A stretch of DNA of 58,614 nt, filler included, from Sphacelaria rigidula (Eukaryota), in assembly GCA_964200075.2 (NCBI GenBank). It is 5 parts of 5 records of this genome, joined end to end, with 100 filler letters (N's around TTAATTAATTAA, not from the genome) between each part and the next. Parts side by side here need not be neighbours in the genome. Positions count along the whole stretch, not along the records: positions 1 to 11,644 come from CAXNAA020004670.1; positions 11,745 to 23,387 come from CAXNAA020004671.1; 3 more parts are not named here. The stretch is one strand, 5' to 3'. The number at the start of each line of letters is the position of its first letter. Within the stretch, counting starts at the first letter, position 1. The notes under the pieces were generated by a model. That model did no database searches. It was not told the origin of the DNA and saw only the letters and a program-made list of their open reading frames with translations. Below, piece by piece: positions 1-11,829 of this stretch. The translations under genes and the position numbers were made by a program.

Positions 1-16
1 GGGTGAACAAGGGTGG

Positions 17-61
17 AACGACTAAGGCAAGCAACAAATGAGTACGCCCCCCCCCCCCCCC
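17..61 (+). mobile_element. 3' tail of poly(C)-tailed non-LTR retroelement (family A), short copy
   Basis: AACGACTAAGGCAAGCAACAAATGAGTACG followed by C15 (47-61). Matches the ends of the copies at 19302-19898, 23488-23558, 32375-32468 and 58341-58614. Confidence 0.8.
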
Positions 62-827
62 TTGGGTAGACTAACGACCACTCTTCCGCCAGCAGGGTGT
101 ATGGGTGACCTGGGTAGTCCTGTACTGTGCTCTTACTGATCCCCGGCATGCGCGTGTTTATCTTAGTGTGGTGCATGGAAGGGCTAGACACAATTGCAGC
201 ATTCTGCCACACGGAGGATATAGATACCGACATGCGTGATAAGTAAGCAATTGTAACATGCCACTGCCCGTGGGGGACGTTTGCCCAACGGCGATGAGAT
301 GCAGACACTCTGTGATTTTCCTGTTCCCATCCTTGCTCGAGTTACGTCAGAGCTCATGATTCAACCCACCTAGTTCTTCCACTGGGCTTAACACTAACGC
401 CCAGCCTGTACATCGTCCCACCCGTCTTTCCCCGCGAATCGTCTTTCCCGCGCAGCTTCGTCTATCGACGGGCGCAGACTACATGTGCTGTATGTCGACT
501 TACATGGGCTACAGATGTCAATCTATACTTGAAAGATTCCTTCTCATAGATTACAGGGTAATACGAGTAGCAAAATGAATGAGAAACCACATCGCAGAGT
601 CGTGGGAGATATAGGAAGTTGGATTCCTTTGCCTGTTGAAATGCTTCGTCAGTTTTCTTCTACCGAAAACGACCCCACCAATCAACAAACATTCCTCGAC
701 CAGAAAAAGTTTATCGTGGGTGCTGTCATGTTTGCAGTGTATCCTTTCACGATTTCTGCTGCCGCTTTCAAAGCGTTTCGCCGTGTCCTTGTTCACCCTG
801 CTGCTCAATTTGCTGCTGCACACCCAG

Positions 828-968
828 ATTGCCATCGCGACTCTCAAAAATGCCGTGGAGTTGCTCGAGGGAGACGGCTCGGTGCCAGCATCGTGGCCTA
901 TAGAGATGGGCGAAGTTGCGTTCCATGCATCCCCGGCAACACACGACGTTGATGGAGATGGGATCCTG
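828..968 (+). CDS. DEX1-like FG-GAP repeat protein, first visible exon (gene 5'-partial)
   Basis: CAG acceptor at 825-827 and GTAAGA donor at 969, phase 0/0. Encodes IAIATLKNAVELLEGDGSVPASWPIEMGEVAFHASPATHDVDGDGIL, resembling the plant DEX1 pattern LEVLEG..GWP..HSSP..DIDKDG (recognised from memory). Confidence 0.85.
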
Positions 969-1629
969 GTAAGAGGACTGGCAGGTGTCAGAGTGTAGTC
1001 CCGAGTATGAGGTATGTTCGCGGTGGAATCCTTTCAAAGGAGAACGCAGTAGTGCACTTGCGGCCATGTATTCCAGTGCGTATCTCTGTACGACGATTTT
1101 CATGTACGAATACGACTACATTAAAGGATCTCTGACCTCACGGTGGTTTATAGAAAATGAACCAAGTTTCGCTTGGGACGTACGTACACTGTCTTGGCCC
1201 ACTAGCGTTACTTTATTTTTCGTCAGCTTTTGGTGGATACTCAGATGCCAACTGCGACGCGTAGCTGCATGGCTCGCTCTCACTCGGCAGACATGACGAC
1301 ATGCACATCTAAAAATGATGCCACAAAGCTGACGCCTGAGACGTGTAGATTGGTGTGCATCGCGTAGGTTTGTGAGATTCTCATTCACCTTTTTGACCAC
1401 GTGCTGGGGAGTCTTCCGTTTCGCTGACTCTTGAGCGTCGACAACTATCCTGCAGTAGGCGATAGAGTATGATACCCCCGGTGGATTAAATTGATGAGCC
1501 TCGGTCTCCTTGAAAATCAATGCCCCCGTACGCGGGGGATATCCAAATATCGTGGAAGATCTCCATACGTCGGACGAGCACGAGTGTGACTCGTAGCACT
1601 CGCACTCGTTGGTCTGCTCGTTGGCCGTA

Positions 1630-1797
1630 AAAATGAATAGGGCGAGCATTCGAGTCATTGCTCGTTGGGCAAACAAATGAATAGGGCGAGCACTTGAGTC
1701 ATTGCTCGTTGTGGAAACAAATGAATAGGGCGAGCACTCGAGTCATTGCTCGTCGTGGAAACAAATGAATAGGGCGAGCACTCGAGTCATTGCTCGT
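1630..1797. repeat. ~44-bp tandem repeat, about 4 copies
   Basis: Unit AAATGAATAGGGCGAGCACTCGAGTCATTGCTCGTTGTGGAAAC. Confidence 0.9.
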
Positions 1798-2577
1798 GAT
1801 GAACGACTTCAGTGGAGGAGTCAGCAATCCGACGAGCGAATAATTGTGATGAGTTCTTTGACGATCTTGAACCAAGAATCTTTAAGGTCAAATGCATATC
1901 TGCACATGTACAAGTGTCAACCGCAAACACAGGTGTTCATGTACTTGCCTGCGCGACTGGCGGAACTCGACGACTTGGATGTATCCATCGTCGCGGGAGC
2001 CGAGGACGAGAGAAATGTAGTTCCGTGGCGGATACCCCAGGGGCCCGGGCGGGGGTAGAAGAAGCTAAGATGTAGACACCTTGACAGATGTCCCTTGGTG
2101 GTTATTTTACTGAATGGTTTTGTGGTGGACGGAGCCACGGTTGTCTCGTCCAGGTAGGTCTCTGCGCCCCCATTTTTCTTGCAGAGCAATGATCGATTTG
2201 AAAAGGGGCACGTATTCCGCTTGAAACCCATTTCCCCACGATCGTGTGTTTGCGGTAGGTGTCCATTTGTGCTATTTTTTCGTAAAAATGATATTGCAGG
2301 GGCCTCATTGATCATTTCACTTGAAAATAACACAAAGGGACACCTGCCGCAAACACACGATGGTGGTGAAGAGTGCCACAAGCAAACCATCCAGAGGGGG
2401 TAGTACGATTTGTAGTGGTCACAATATTACCAAATCCTACCGTTGGTTCACTGGGCTTTCACCATGTTTCGCACCACACTCGTCCATCACTTCAGTCATT
2501 GATGATTGGTCCTTGGGTTGTCCAGAAAAGACCCAAGCAAGTGAGTTATACCACGTGAAAAATTAAATTACTCGAGC

Positions 2578-2862
2578 ACGAGCACTCGAGTCATTGCTCG
2601 TTGTGGAAAAAATTAATAGGGCGAGCACTCGAGTCATTGCTCGTTGGGGGGAAAAAATAATAGGGCAAGCACTCGAATCATTGGTTGTTGGGGAAACAAA
2701 TGAATAGGGCGAGCGCTCGAGCCATTGCTCGTTGGGGAAACAATTAATAGGGCGAGCACTTGAGTCATTGCTCGTTGTGGAAAAAAATAATAGGGCGAGC
2801 ACTTGAGTCATTGCTCGTTGTAAAAAAAGTAATGACTCGAGCACACGAGTCATGCTCGTTGT
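2578..2862. repeat. ~44-bp tandem repeat, about 6-7 copies (same unit as 1630-1797)
   Basis: Repeated AATAGGGCGAGCACTCGAGTCATTGCTCGTTG in the same orientation as the left array. Confidence 0.9.
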
Positions 2863-3251
2863 GTTTTGGAAAAACACCCACGAGTGCACTCGTCTAAACG
2901 AGTAATGACTCGTCCGACCTGTGAAGATCTCAACAAGATGCTACGAAACGTGTTTACTTCTAACAGCCCGGCCGCCGGTTGTCGAGACTATCGACGTTGA
3001 AGAAGGACTGATCTACCTCATAACTGGGGATGGTTATCCCAAATCAGGAACTGACACCATTCAGTTGCGGTCTGAGACTACAGAAAACATTTTTTTTCAG
3101 GTAGTCTGTCTCTTCCTGTGCTGTACTTCGCTGCTTCGCAAATCGCCGACCCGTGCTGGCAGCATGTGTGATCTGCTGCACTGAGCCGTACTGGCCATGT
3201 CCCCGCTGCTGTTTCTTCCCGCGCCTGCCTTTGTTGCGCCTTTGAGCGCAG

Positions 3252-3370
3252 GACATTTGCGTGGCAGGCACTGATGGAAGGATCGTGTGGCTGTCTCCGG
3301 GAGATCGAGGGCCATTCTTGAAGGAATTCAGCACCGGCCGACATCAAGACTTCAGCGTTAGGCCTCGCAA
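3252..3370 (+). CDS. DEX1-like protein, exon
   Basis: CAG acceptor at 3249-3251 and GTACGT donor at 3371 (phase 2). Encodes DICVAGTDGRIVWLSPGDRGPFLKEFSTGRHQDFSVRPR and completes the FG-GAP motif DVDGDGIL|DICV. Confidence 0.85.
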
Positions 3371-3879
3371 GTACGTACGGTGCATAGTGTAGTGCTAGGT
3401 GTGCCCTGCCGTATCTTGCCGTGTGCTTTGTTCTGCCGCGTACAGTAGCTGCTTTTTGTTGTGCGTCGGCACGGGCGTGATTGTTCATGCGCAGTAGCCT
3501 TTGCTTCGTGGTGTGTCTCTACGAACGTGTAGTCTTGCTGTGTGTGTGTGTGTGTGTATGATGTGCGCACGTGCTGCTGACTCTGCCGCGCTTTGGAGGT
3601 TTTCGGATATTCCAGTGTGCTGCAAGGGTGGGTTGAGCACTCACGTTGACTAATTTCCGGAGGATTGTATCCTTTTTTCCCCTCGGCCTCGAATGAATCG
3701 ATCACTGCTAAATTATCTATGTATATGAATGAGAAACAAATTACGTGGCTTCAAGTAGAGACAACACCAACTGCCCTCGGCGGCTACGTTATTGTACGGC
3801 ATGGCTTAACTCTCCAGTTTATCTGAATGAAGAAAGTGAGAGCTGATTCTAACACATCGACCCACCTTCACAGCATGCC

Positions 3880-4245
3880 GGTCACCCCGGTGGCTCAGTT
3901 GGTAACCTCGAAACCTTCCGACGGTTGGGACGTGGGTTCAAATCTCGGAGCGATCTGGGATTTTTTCTCATACCATGCCCAACAGTGGAGAGCGACTAAA
4001 ATACACCGTGGGTACACAAAATTTGACTTAACGGTCGACAAGGGAAAGAGAGTGCTGAACCCCTCTCGCGATAAAAATAAAGGCAAACACCGCAGGAGGA
4101 AGGTGGTGTACTGAAAACAAACAAAATAGAAAAAACTCCTGTATTGACCTTCCTCCTGTGTGACCCCGGCTGGTGCGTCCACATATACGGAAAGGTGTAG
4201 ACCGGCGTCCAGAATAGATGGGACAACACAGCCAAAAACGTCACG
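3880..4245 (+). mobile_element. tRNA-derived SINE-like element (family 1)
   Basis: Pol III box A TGGCTCAGTTGG (3891-3902) and box B GGTTCAAATCT (3935-3945). The body (CTCATACCATGCCCAACA..., GTGACCCCGGCTG...CACATATACGG) is shared with 45971-46573. Confidence 0.75.
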
Positions 4246-4537
4246 TAAAATCCAACCTGAATCATTTCTGTGGGTGGGAGCAGGGTGGAAGAAGAAGTCG
4301 TAACAAGGGTTTGGAGAGCCCTTACCTCGGATGCGTTCGATCTGACCAGAATCGAACAGGACTGGCGGGTTGCAACAGCTCATGTTGGTGTTGAAATTGT
4401 GGAAGAGTACCATGTTTTGCCTCGAGAATTGGAAAAGGACGGCCACTGCAGAAAGCAGGAAATACTTTCGTAACCAGCACACGGATTGAACGTAACCACA
4501 ACCGCCATCTCGACCACTTGTTTTTCGTACAAATCAG

Positions 4538-4826
4538 GGTGGAGAAAAACTGGTTTGAAGGGTTGGATGACCCTAACGTGGAAGCGTACGTTTTGGAAGA
4601 AGACAATGATGAAGAGTCGGGAGCAAAAGGAAAACAGGCTCCACAAAACAACGCCAGGCGGAAACTTTCAGAGGTCGAGCAACAGGAAGCACCGGGTGAA
4701 TTTCCTGCCTCAAAAGAAGCCACACTCAATTCTAAAGGTTTTGAAGGCGGGATGTTCGGGGAGGGGATGCAAGAACGCCATCCCCGTGGCGCGCAAGGCA
4801 GGCGTTCGCTTAATGCCGTAAATGAG
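4538..4826 (+). CDS. DEX1-like protein, exon
   Basis: Pyrimidine tract plus CAG at 4535-4537. The phase-2 join gives PRK|VEKNWFEGLDDPNVEAY (DEX1-like PRRKVxKNWxxGL). GTGAGA donor at 4827. Confidence 0.85.
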
Positions 4827-5641
4827 GTGAGATCCCGAAGACGTTGGGATGTACAGGAGGGCTGCGCAGATATTCTTCAAACGCGGTATAACGCGACAGT
4901 CAACTGACTCTGCCGCTATAAATGGAAAATGACAAATGTGACTAGCACGTGTAGTAAGGTGGTGAGTACGGGCATTTTGAGGCGGGAACTCAGAACTGAA
5001 CACCTTGCATTTTTTCACAATATATCGGAGGTAAACGGAAGTGCTCAGGTGGTTTTCGGCAGTCCATGCCGCAGGACCTCCAGAATCCTTGGAGGTTCTG
5101 CCAGCAGTTGATGTGGTGGATACCCTTGGATGCTGACTGTTCACCATAACTCACCGTATACTACAGGGGTGTGATCAATCAGTCGACATATCTCGTGGTG
5201 TTCTGAAAGGACCGGTCCCAACGATGGAGGCGTTATGTCGTCAGCCGCATCAATTGTTGTCGAGACAACCGCGCGTCGAAACACGCACGTTCGCGGGGTT
5301 GGTGCCTTCGTGGTGGCTCCTTTGCAAACAATTACGACAGTCGTTCACTGCAGCATCGCGTTGGCTCCGCGCGTCCCTGAAAAAAACCTTCATGTGCAGG
5401 AACTCTCTCGAAAACCAAGTCTCTTCGAAGGTCGATCGTCTCTAGTTTGTGTTGCTTGTGCTGCTTGTGCTGGATATCATCAAGATTATAAACACAGGAG
5501 TTTTTGTATTTCTTTCGCAAATGCGCACGCTCAGCAGGACTCCGGCCCCGAAAATCCGGTAAAAAAATCCGGATACCTGTGTGTAGACGGTAAGTTACGA
5601 GTACCCCCAATACCCCTACTCAGTAGCACTTTTTACGGCAC

Positions 5642-5710
5642 TTTTAACCCCTCCCCTTGGTCGGGGGACGAGCCCGCAGTCTCACGGTATGACCCCATTT
5701 TACCCCGCCC
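5642..5710 (-). repeat. Fragment related to the SINE family 2 body
   Basis: The reverse complement (GGGGTCATACCGTGAGACTGCGGGCTCGTCCCCGACCAAGGGGAGGGGTT) resembles 20870-20918. Confidence 0.45.
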
Positions 5711-6526
5711 CTCCCTAGTATGTACATGCTTGACATATTGACATCGCGGATTGGATCATGGCCATTGGCACTCCTGCACCGGCTGACTTCCGTCAAATTT
5801 TGTTTCTCTTTTCTAAGATCCTCACGTTCCCAACGACAGCGATAGGGCGTTTCTGAGAAAATACAAAACAAAGGGAAACAGAAAAAAACAAAATGTATGG
5901 AAGTGTATCCGCGGGGAAGCCACCCCCCGACTCCGCCACTTCTCGTTCGAAAGGTGTACAGTACTTTTTTTTTGTTCGTATACGTCCTTTTTTATTTGCG
6001 AGCCGTGTTACAGCGGCCAGCCTTCGCTAGTTTCGCCCTTGTTTTTGTTTTTCAGCTTCCTCCCTGTATTTGCTCTTTCTTTTTTTTAATCCCCGACCTT
6101 CATTTTCTTTCCGCGAGTGTTTCTATTTTGTTTAACTTGGGCGCGTCCTATCTCTTGGATAATGACCACAACTGGGTCTCTCTTGTGTGTCTCGGGTACC
6201 ACTTAATGTGCCAGAATCAATCGAATCCATCAAGCACCAGTTTCGGCCGCCGGGGTGTAATCATAGGAAGGAACGACCGCCCAGCTAGACGTCCAAGACG
6301 TAAGCGCGCAGCACGATAGGGCGATAAGGATACTTGGAAGCTAACTCGTTATCCTACATGAGCCAGATGTTGACATTGCGGAATGCTCTTCCATGAATTA
6401 TGAATATGCACATATGTCTTCATGATGGAAGGAAATCCCCGTTGGCACCCTTCGGTCGACGGCGCTGCAACTCAAATGCGCACGTTGTTCACCCGCGTTC
6501 TGCATTTTGGTCACACCTTGTATCAG

Positions 6527-6736
6527 GAGAGGAATGGCGCGGGTGACGCGGGTGAGGAGAGAGGGCATGATGCTGCTGATGCTAATGCTAACGCTGATGC
6601 CGCTGATGCCGCTGATGCCGATGCCGATGCCGATGCCGATGCTTTGCCGTCTGAGCTGAACGCGTTGAACTTTGATGTAGATGATGTAATTATGAGTGGA
6701 TACTATGGGGCAGGACCTGACGACTCCTGGGACTGG
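6527..6736 (+). CDS. DEX1-like protein, low-complexity (Asp-Ala rich) exon
   Basis: TATCAG acceptor and GTAAGG donor at 6737, phase 0/0. Open frame ERNGAGDAGEE...DADADADA...DDSWDW. Confidence 0.75.
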
Positions 6737-7434
6737 GTAAGGCACCGTATCCCTAGTATCCTTGGTCGCAACCATTGCGTTACTTTGGAATCGTAGTGCT
6801 CGAGTCGTCCTGTACTTGGAGGCGATCTCATCATCACCATTGGATCGTGTTGAATATATTGGATGTTTTTGTGTGTGTATTGAAACGTCTCGCTGTGGCT
6901 GTGGCTGTGGCTGTGGATCAAACCGTGCGATGTTTCTTGATGTTTTTACTCAACATTGGCCCATGCTGGTGGTATCGCATGTTGTCACGGCTATTGAATC
7001 GTTCGGCAATCGATACTCCAGGTACTCTCGAGTGCTGAGTACTGTGTACTGAGTACTGAAGATACCCTGGACATACCGAGTATCGTATTTTGTCCTGACT
7101 GTCTTTGACATTTTCTATCGAGATTTTTGGCTTAACGGCTTAACATTCGCCAGATATGTGTGGAAGAAGGCGTAAAACACAATTCTCACCGGCAGATGAC
7201 GAGAAGCGTAACCCCTAAAGAACCTCTTCTCGTCACAAAAAACGCACGAATGGGCCCATAAAAGGAGACAGTGATGCGAATAGTGCACTTCCCCGTAGAC
7301 GAGATAGATAATGGAAAGTATCTATCGAGGACTCATCACCTTTAAAAAAATGAATGTACCTTTTTAATGAATGTACCTTATCGTGGAAAATCATCGCATG
7401 ACCTACCTCCATCTGTCCAATCCTGCAAACGCAG

Positions 7435-7598
7435 GGTCAAGCACGTTACTGGGACCTGTATGGGCAGGACACACATGAGGACGAGGGGCATGTCATGGTC
7501 GATGCGCATGTACTTGCGGCGCCCGTTTTTGCTGACGTGGATGGCGACGGATACAAGGAGATGATCGTACCCGTCAGCTACTTTTTTGACCGGCATAA
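7435..7598 (+). CDS. DEX1-like protein, exon
   Basis: GCAG acceptor and GTGAGT donor at 7599 (phase 2). Encodes [54 protein letters not shown], matching the DEX1 motif DAHILxTPVIADIDxDGxxEMIVAVSYFFD. Confidence 0.9.
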
Positions 7599-10016
7599 GT
7601 GAGTTTCCGTCGACATTTGTGCGCCAACCGATTGCAGATGATAAACCGGTTGGTAGGCAGCCACGGCTCGGCCAATGGAATCCCACTTTTTTCGGCCATG
7701 GGTCTGATAAAAAAAAGCTGATGTGATGGTGCAACAACAAAGAATAATCTCGGGTGTGCACGGTGTGTGCTCACATTTTATAGACTTTTTCAACACGATA
7801 CTGTATTATGTCTCGTCCTCCACCATTTTTGTGGCCACTTGACCTTTTGTAGGTTTGTGACATCCGCTCGGAGGGGGGTTTTGTTCAGGCAGCTTCTTAT
7901 GGGGTTCGAGAAAAACCTCTCCAATAGTGCTTATTTTGATGATTGATTGATTCAGTGCCGATTTATGCCGGGATACTGGCTTGGCCGATCATGCAGCCTC
8001 GGAAAGACTTGCTTTACGCCCTGAAACGATTCTGGCGTACTGTTGCAGTCTTTCATACGCCCACTATGGCTTTTGGCCAGGTAAAGGGTTTCTCAGACAA
8101 TCCAATCTCCCCCCCCGTGGTTCTGACATTACGTTGCAATCCTCCCGGAGAGTGAAGCAAGTCTTTCCGACGTGACACAATCGGCCAAGCCCCGCGTTCC
8201 GGCGAAAGTCGGCACTGAATCGCCAAAATAGGCATCTTTTGGAGAGTTTTTTCTTTTCAGAGCCAGAAAAAGCTGCCTCGCAGTTACTTGACATTGTGTA
8301 AAATTAAAAACCTGCCAAAATTATTTCATTACGTTCAGTGGCCGTACTTATTGCATATAAGGGTACTAAATGCCTTGGGTCTATTTTTTTGATGGCGATG
8401 CTACATGCTTCGGGTTTTTGTCCCGGCTCTCGGATATTCTGACTGTTGTAGTTGATCAAGCGTCGTTGTGATAGTTGCGGTGTACTATTTGTCTCCAACG
8501 AAAACGTTGCCTTTTGAGTTCGTTTGATTGGTGGATTGTCGCACATTTAGCGATCCCAGAGGGAGCCGGCCGTGATCGGTCATTATCCACAAGATAGACA
8601 TGCCCAAGGTCACAAAACCGAAACACCCGCTAAAAACAAGGAAGAATAGAACCCCCGCCCAAATGATGGAAAAAAAGATGGAACAAACGAAGTCAACTGA
8701 AGAATACGGAAACAAGAGTCAAAACAGAGGCAAACACGGCAGGAAAGGAAAGGAAAAGAGAAGAAAGAAAAGGAAAGAAAAGGAAAGGAAGAGGAAAGGA
8801 AGAGGAAAAGAAAAACTGAAAAATAAGAAAACAAGAGTCAAAACAGAGGCAAATAAGGCAGGAAAGAAGAGAAAACGGAAGGAAAAGAAACGGAGACGAA
8901 AGTACTCGTCACTGTTGCGCCAGAAGAAAGGAAAAAGTCAAATGTATGCCGATTTTCGCATACAAGCGTCATTGTATAAAGTATCAGCTGGGATCATCCG
9001 CAAAGTAGATGTAGTCCACACGAGCGAGGTGCCCCAGAGTGAGGACCTACGGCTCAACAAGCGTCATATCTGAAAAGCTATGTTTAAGGCTGGATCTTCG
9101 GTACAGGTTTCAGGCTGACAACGTGATTATGTCTAGCGGTCGGTGGTGTGCATGATGTTGCACGGTACGGGTGCCTTGCGGGCCCCATGATACGCCGATA
9201 AGTGGCGACCACGCTTCGCATTCCAGCGCATCACCACGCCTAGAGCGTAGTGTATGGAGCGTGCAATCCGCCCGAAAAAGCAGCATCTCAGTTGCTTTCG
9301 AAAAAAACGAGAGCGACACGATCGTTTACATCCATGTCTGGCGGCGCAGCTGATGGCTTTGAAATTTGAAAACCCCGTCATGCGACCATTACAAAGTGCA
9401 GTATAATACGCTGATGCAATGTACGGTTTACAGACAGTACTCGTACCGTAATACTGCGTAACTGCATCTGATATGCGGCGTGACCAGGGCGTAACCGCAT
9501 CTCATGTTTGTTTGGATACTTTCCTACGGTAAACTCCAAATTTCCAGTGCAACTTTGCTTGTGGATTTCTCGCCTGCGACTGCGCGTTCCATCATGAAAC
9601 GTTGCACACTAGTTGGACACAATATAGACAGCATATGCGCGAAGCATCCGCGCGATTTGGCCCCAGACTTTCCCACAACTTGGCCACAAGCGATTTCGGG
9701 GGATGCCATCCATGCGCCCTCAAATCGGCTATACAGCAGTCCAGACTTCGCGCACTACAGGCGAATGCATATACGCACGCGCAGATGCACAAAGTTAGAC
9801 ATGCTGAGCGGCTGGACGGCTCATGTGGTCGCAAATTGAAACCGGTCTGTACTGCGACCCTTGCTGGATCATGACCATTTGTAGTGTACCGATCGGCATA
9901 CAATCTGTAGAGCTGCGCAGTTCATGACGCACGGCCCTACGTGCGCTGTAGCCGCTGCGAGGCGCTGAAAATTCGCTCATATGCTGTGCGAACCACAATC
10001 AACAGTCCCATGCCGC

Positions 10017-10115
10017 TATATCTGGTGCTGTGCGCTGCAGCAGTGCGCACTAAAGAAAAAATCGGTCAGATTTTCCCTTCAGCGCGCACTGCTGCAGCGC
10101 ACAGCACCAGATATA
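10017..10115. repeat. ~100-bp hairpin/inverted repeat in DEX1-like intron
   Basis: Perfect 32-bp arms at 10017-10048 and 10084-10115, extendable inward with mismatches. Confidence 0.9.
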
Positions 10116-10874
10116 TCGGTCAGATTTCGTTCCGAAAAAAGTGTGCGTGTGTGTTTTTGAATTTTTATCTTGGCGCAACATTGAAGTACACTTATTTTCT
10201 GCTCGGGAGAAAAAAACTGCACTGTAGACTACCAAGTGCTAGGTATGGGGGAAATATACGACTGTTCGCTTTCGAAACCCATCGACGATTTTTGTTTTTG
10301 TGAATCTGCATTATTTTCAGTCATTTTCGAGTCAAAATGACGCCAATTCACTAAAACAGAAATTGTCAATGGGTTCTCAAATGGTTGACAATCGATCGAA
10401 AAAACATGGCAATGTTGTTATTGTTGTTGTCTTCGTTGTTCGTGTGGTATTGAACGACTCCCGACACATGAAATATAAATATATATTGGAGAAGCTCGTG
10501 GGTGAAACGCCTTGCTCAAGTATGATAGCGTGGTCCCCAATTAGCTGAGCCGGCACCTGCTCCCGTGGCCTTGTTCGTTTTTGCTTCTGTCATGCTTTGT
10601 TTTCGTATGGCCTCCTTGCCGGAAGCCATGCAGCAGGGGCCTGTTGTGTTTTTCACACGTTCTGAGTCTGCTTCTCAATCTACACTTGCTGGTTCTCTCC
10701 TGTCTTTGTTTCCCATGTTGTCCATTTTCATTGAATTTACTTCAGAGGATGTTTCCGTCACACTCACCTTGTGGACGTATATCTCCTGATTAAAGGGGCT
10801 CATTTCACAGCGGATGACTTCATGTTAATGCGCGACAATCTACCGATCAATGCACTTCAACAACACATGCGCAG

Positions 10875-10989
10875 GTACGCCACGACGGCAGCACCGACAC
10901 AGTTCAGGCCCGAGAAGTATGTCTCCGCTGGTCTGGCGTGCTGGAATTTCAGGCGTACCAACTGGATGTGGACGACATACATGGCTAAG
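10875..10989 (+). CDS. DEX1-like protein, last visible exon (gene 3'-partial)
   Basis: GCAG acceptor. The phase-2 join gives K|YATTAAPTQFRPEKYVSAGLACWNFRRTNWMWTTYMAK. GTACAC donor at 10990. Confidence 0.8.
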
Positions 10990-11644
10990 GTACACGCCAT
11001 AAAGCTGAGGTGCTTTCACCCATAGTACCAGGGATCATCCTTGTTTTTCATCGTACAAGTACGTACCCACCTGCATTTCACCGACACTCTTACTCGACTT
11101 GAGTCCGTGGTTTCGGAGGATCAATCCATCTCTCCTCGGGTACAGTACATGCCTTGCACTTTTGATATAGAGCTTTGGATCATGATCAATTTCGTAGCCT
11201 GTCGAGTTGTATCGAATTTCAGTGTCCTCAGCATCGCACTTTTCCTCAAAATTTCCCCTTTCTCGGGTTTCCGTTGGCGAGTGTTACCGTATTGTTGACC
11301 TTGAGTTCATCCGCCTCGTGACCATGGTTGAATTTCCTCTGGAATGGATCAGTTGACGCGCGGCAATCAGTGAATGAATGGTGATCATGTCGATGCATAA
11401 AAAAATGGTGCAGGTGCCGTACAATATCAGGTCTGACTCCAACCTTGTGTGTAGTTTCCGGGTTCGTTGAGCCCATGTTGTATCCTGCATGTCAATATCG
11501 GTGTCCGGCGAATTTCGGTGCCTGCTACGAGATCCCTCGTGTTCACCTATCCCCCCCCCCCCCCCCCCTGTTTCTTATGTGCCGGGTTGCGTTTTTGGTG
11601 CCGTGGAACCCCCCCTGTAGGGCCGTCCCGTGACGCGGAGTGGC

Positions 11645-11744
11645 NNNNNNNNNNNNNNNNNNNNNNNNNNNNNNNNNNNNNNNNNNNNTTAATTAATTAA
11701 NNNNNNNNNNNNNNNNNNNNNNNNNNNNNNNNNNNNNNNNNNNN
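11645..11744. other. Artificial contig spacer
   Basis: 44N + TTAATTAATTAA (stop codons in all six frames) + 44N. Confidence 0.98.
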
Positions 11745-11822
11745 GCTCCGTCCCGGCATTGTAGGGATGCGAGGTCAATGATCTTATGACTATGGCATGC
11801 ATGATCATGAGTACACCCTCCC
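11745..11822 (+). mobile_element. 3' tail of related retroelement (family B)
   Basis: GGGATGCGAGGTCAATGATCTTATGACTATGGCATGCATGATCATGAGTACACCCTCCC aligns with the family A tail and with 46973-47041. Confidence 0.65.
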
Positions 11823-11829
11823 GTCGCTG

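Larger units (their letters stand above)
1564..2923. mobile_element. Non-autonomous hAT-like DNA transposon (intronic)
   Basis: Exact 8-bp direct repeat AAGATCTC at 1556-1563 and 2924-2931. Termini CATACGTCGGACGAG and CTCGTCCGACCTGTG are 15-bp inverted repeats with 2 mismatches. Confidence 0.8.

Noticed and set aside
1630-2862. Regularly spaced palindromic repeats as a CRISPR array
   Set aside because: The units are contiguous with only short A-rich variation and no unique spacers. There are no cas genes, and the repeats lie in a eukaryotic intron inside a TIR/TSD-bounded element.
8600-9073. 157-aa Lys/Arg-rich ORF
   Set aside because: It is a translation of a purine-rich low-complexity tract inside the DEX1-like intron.
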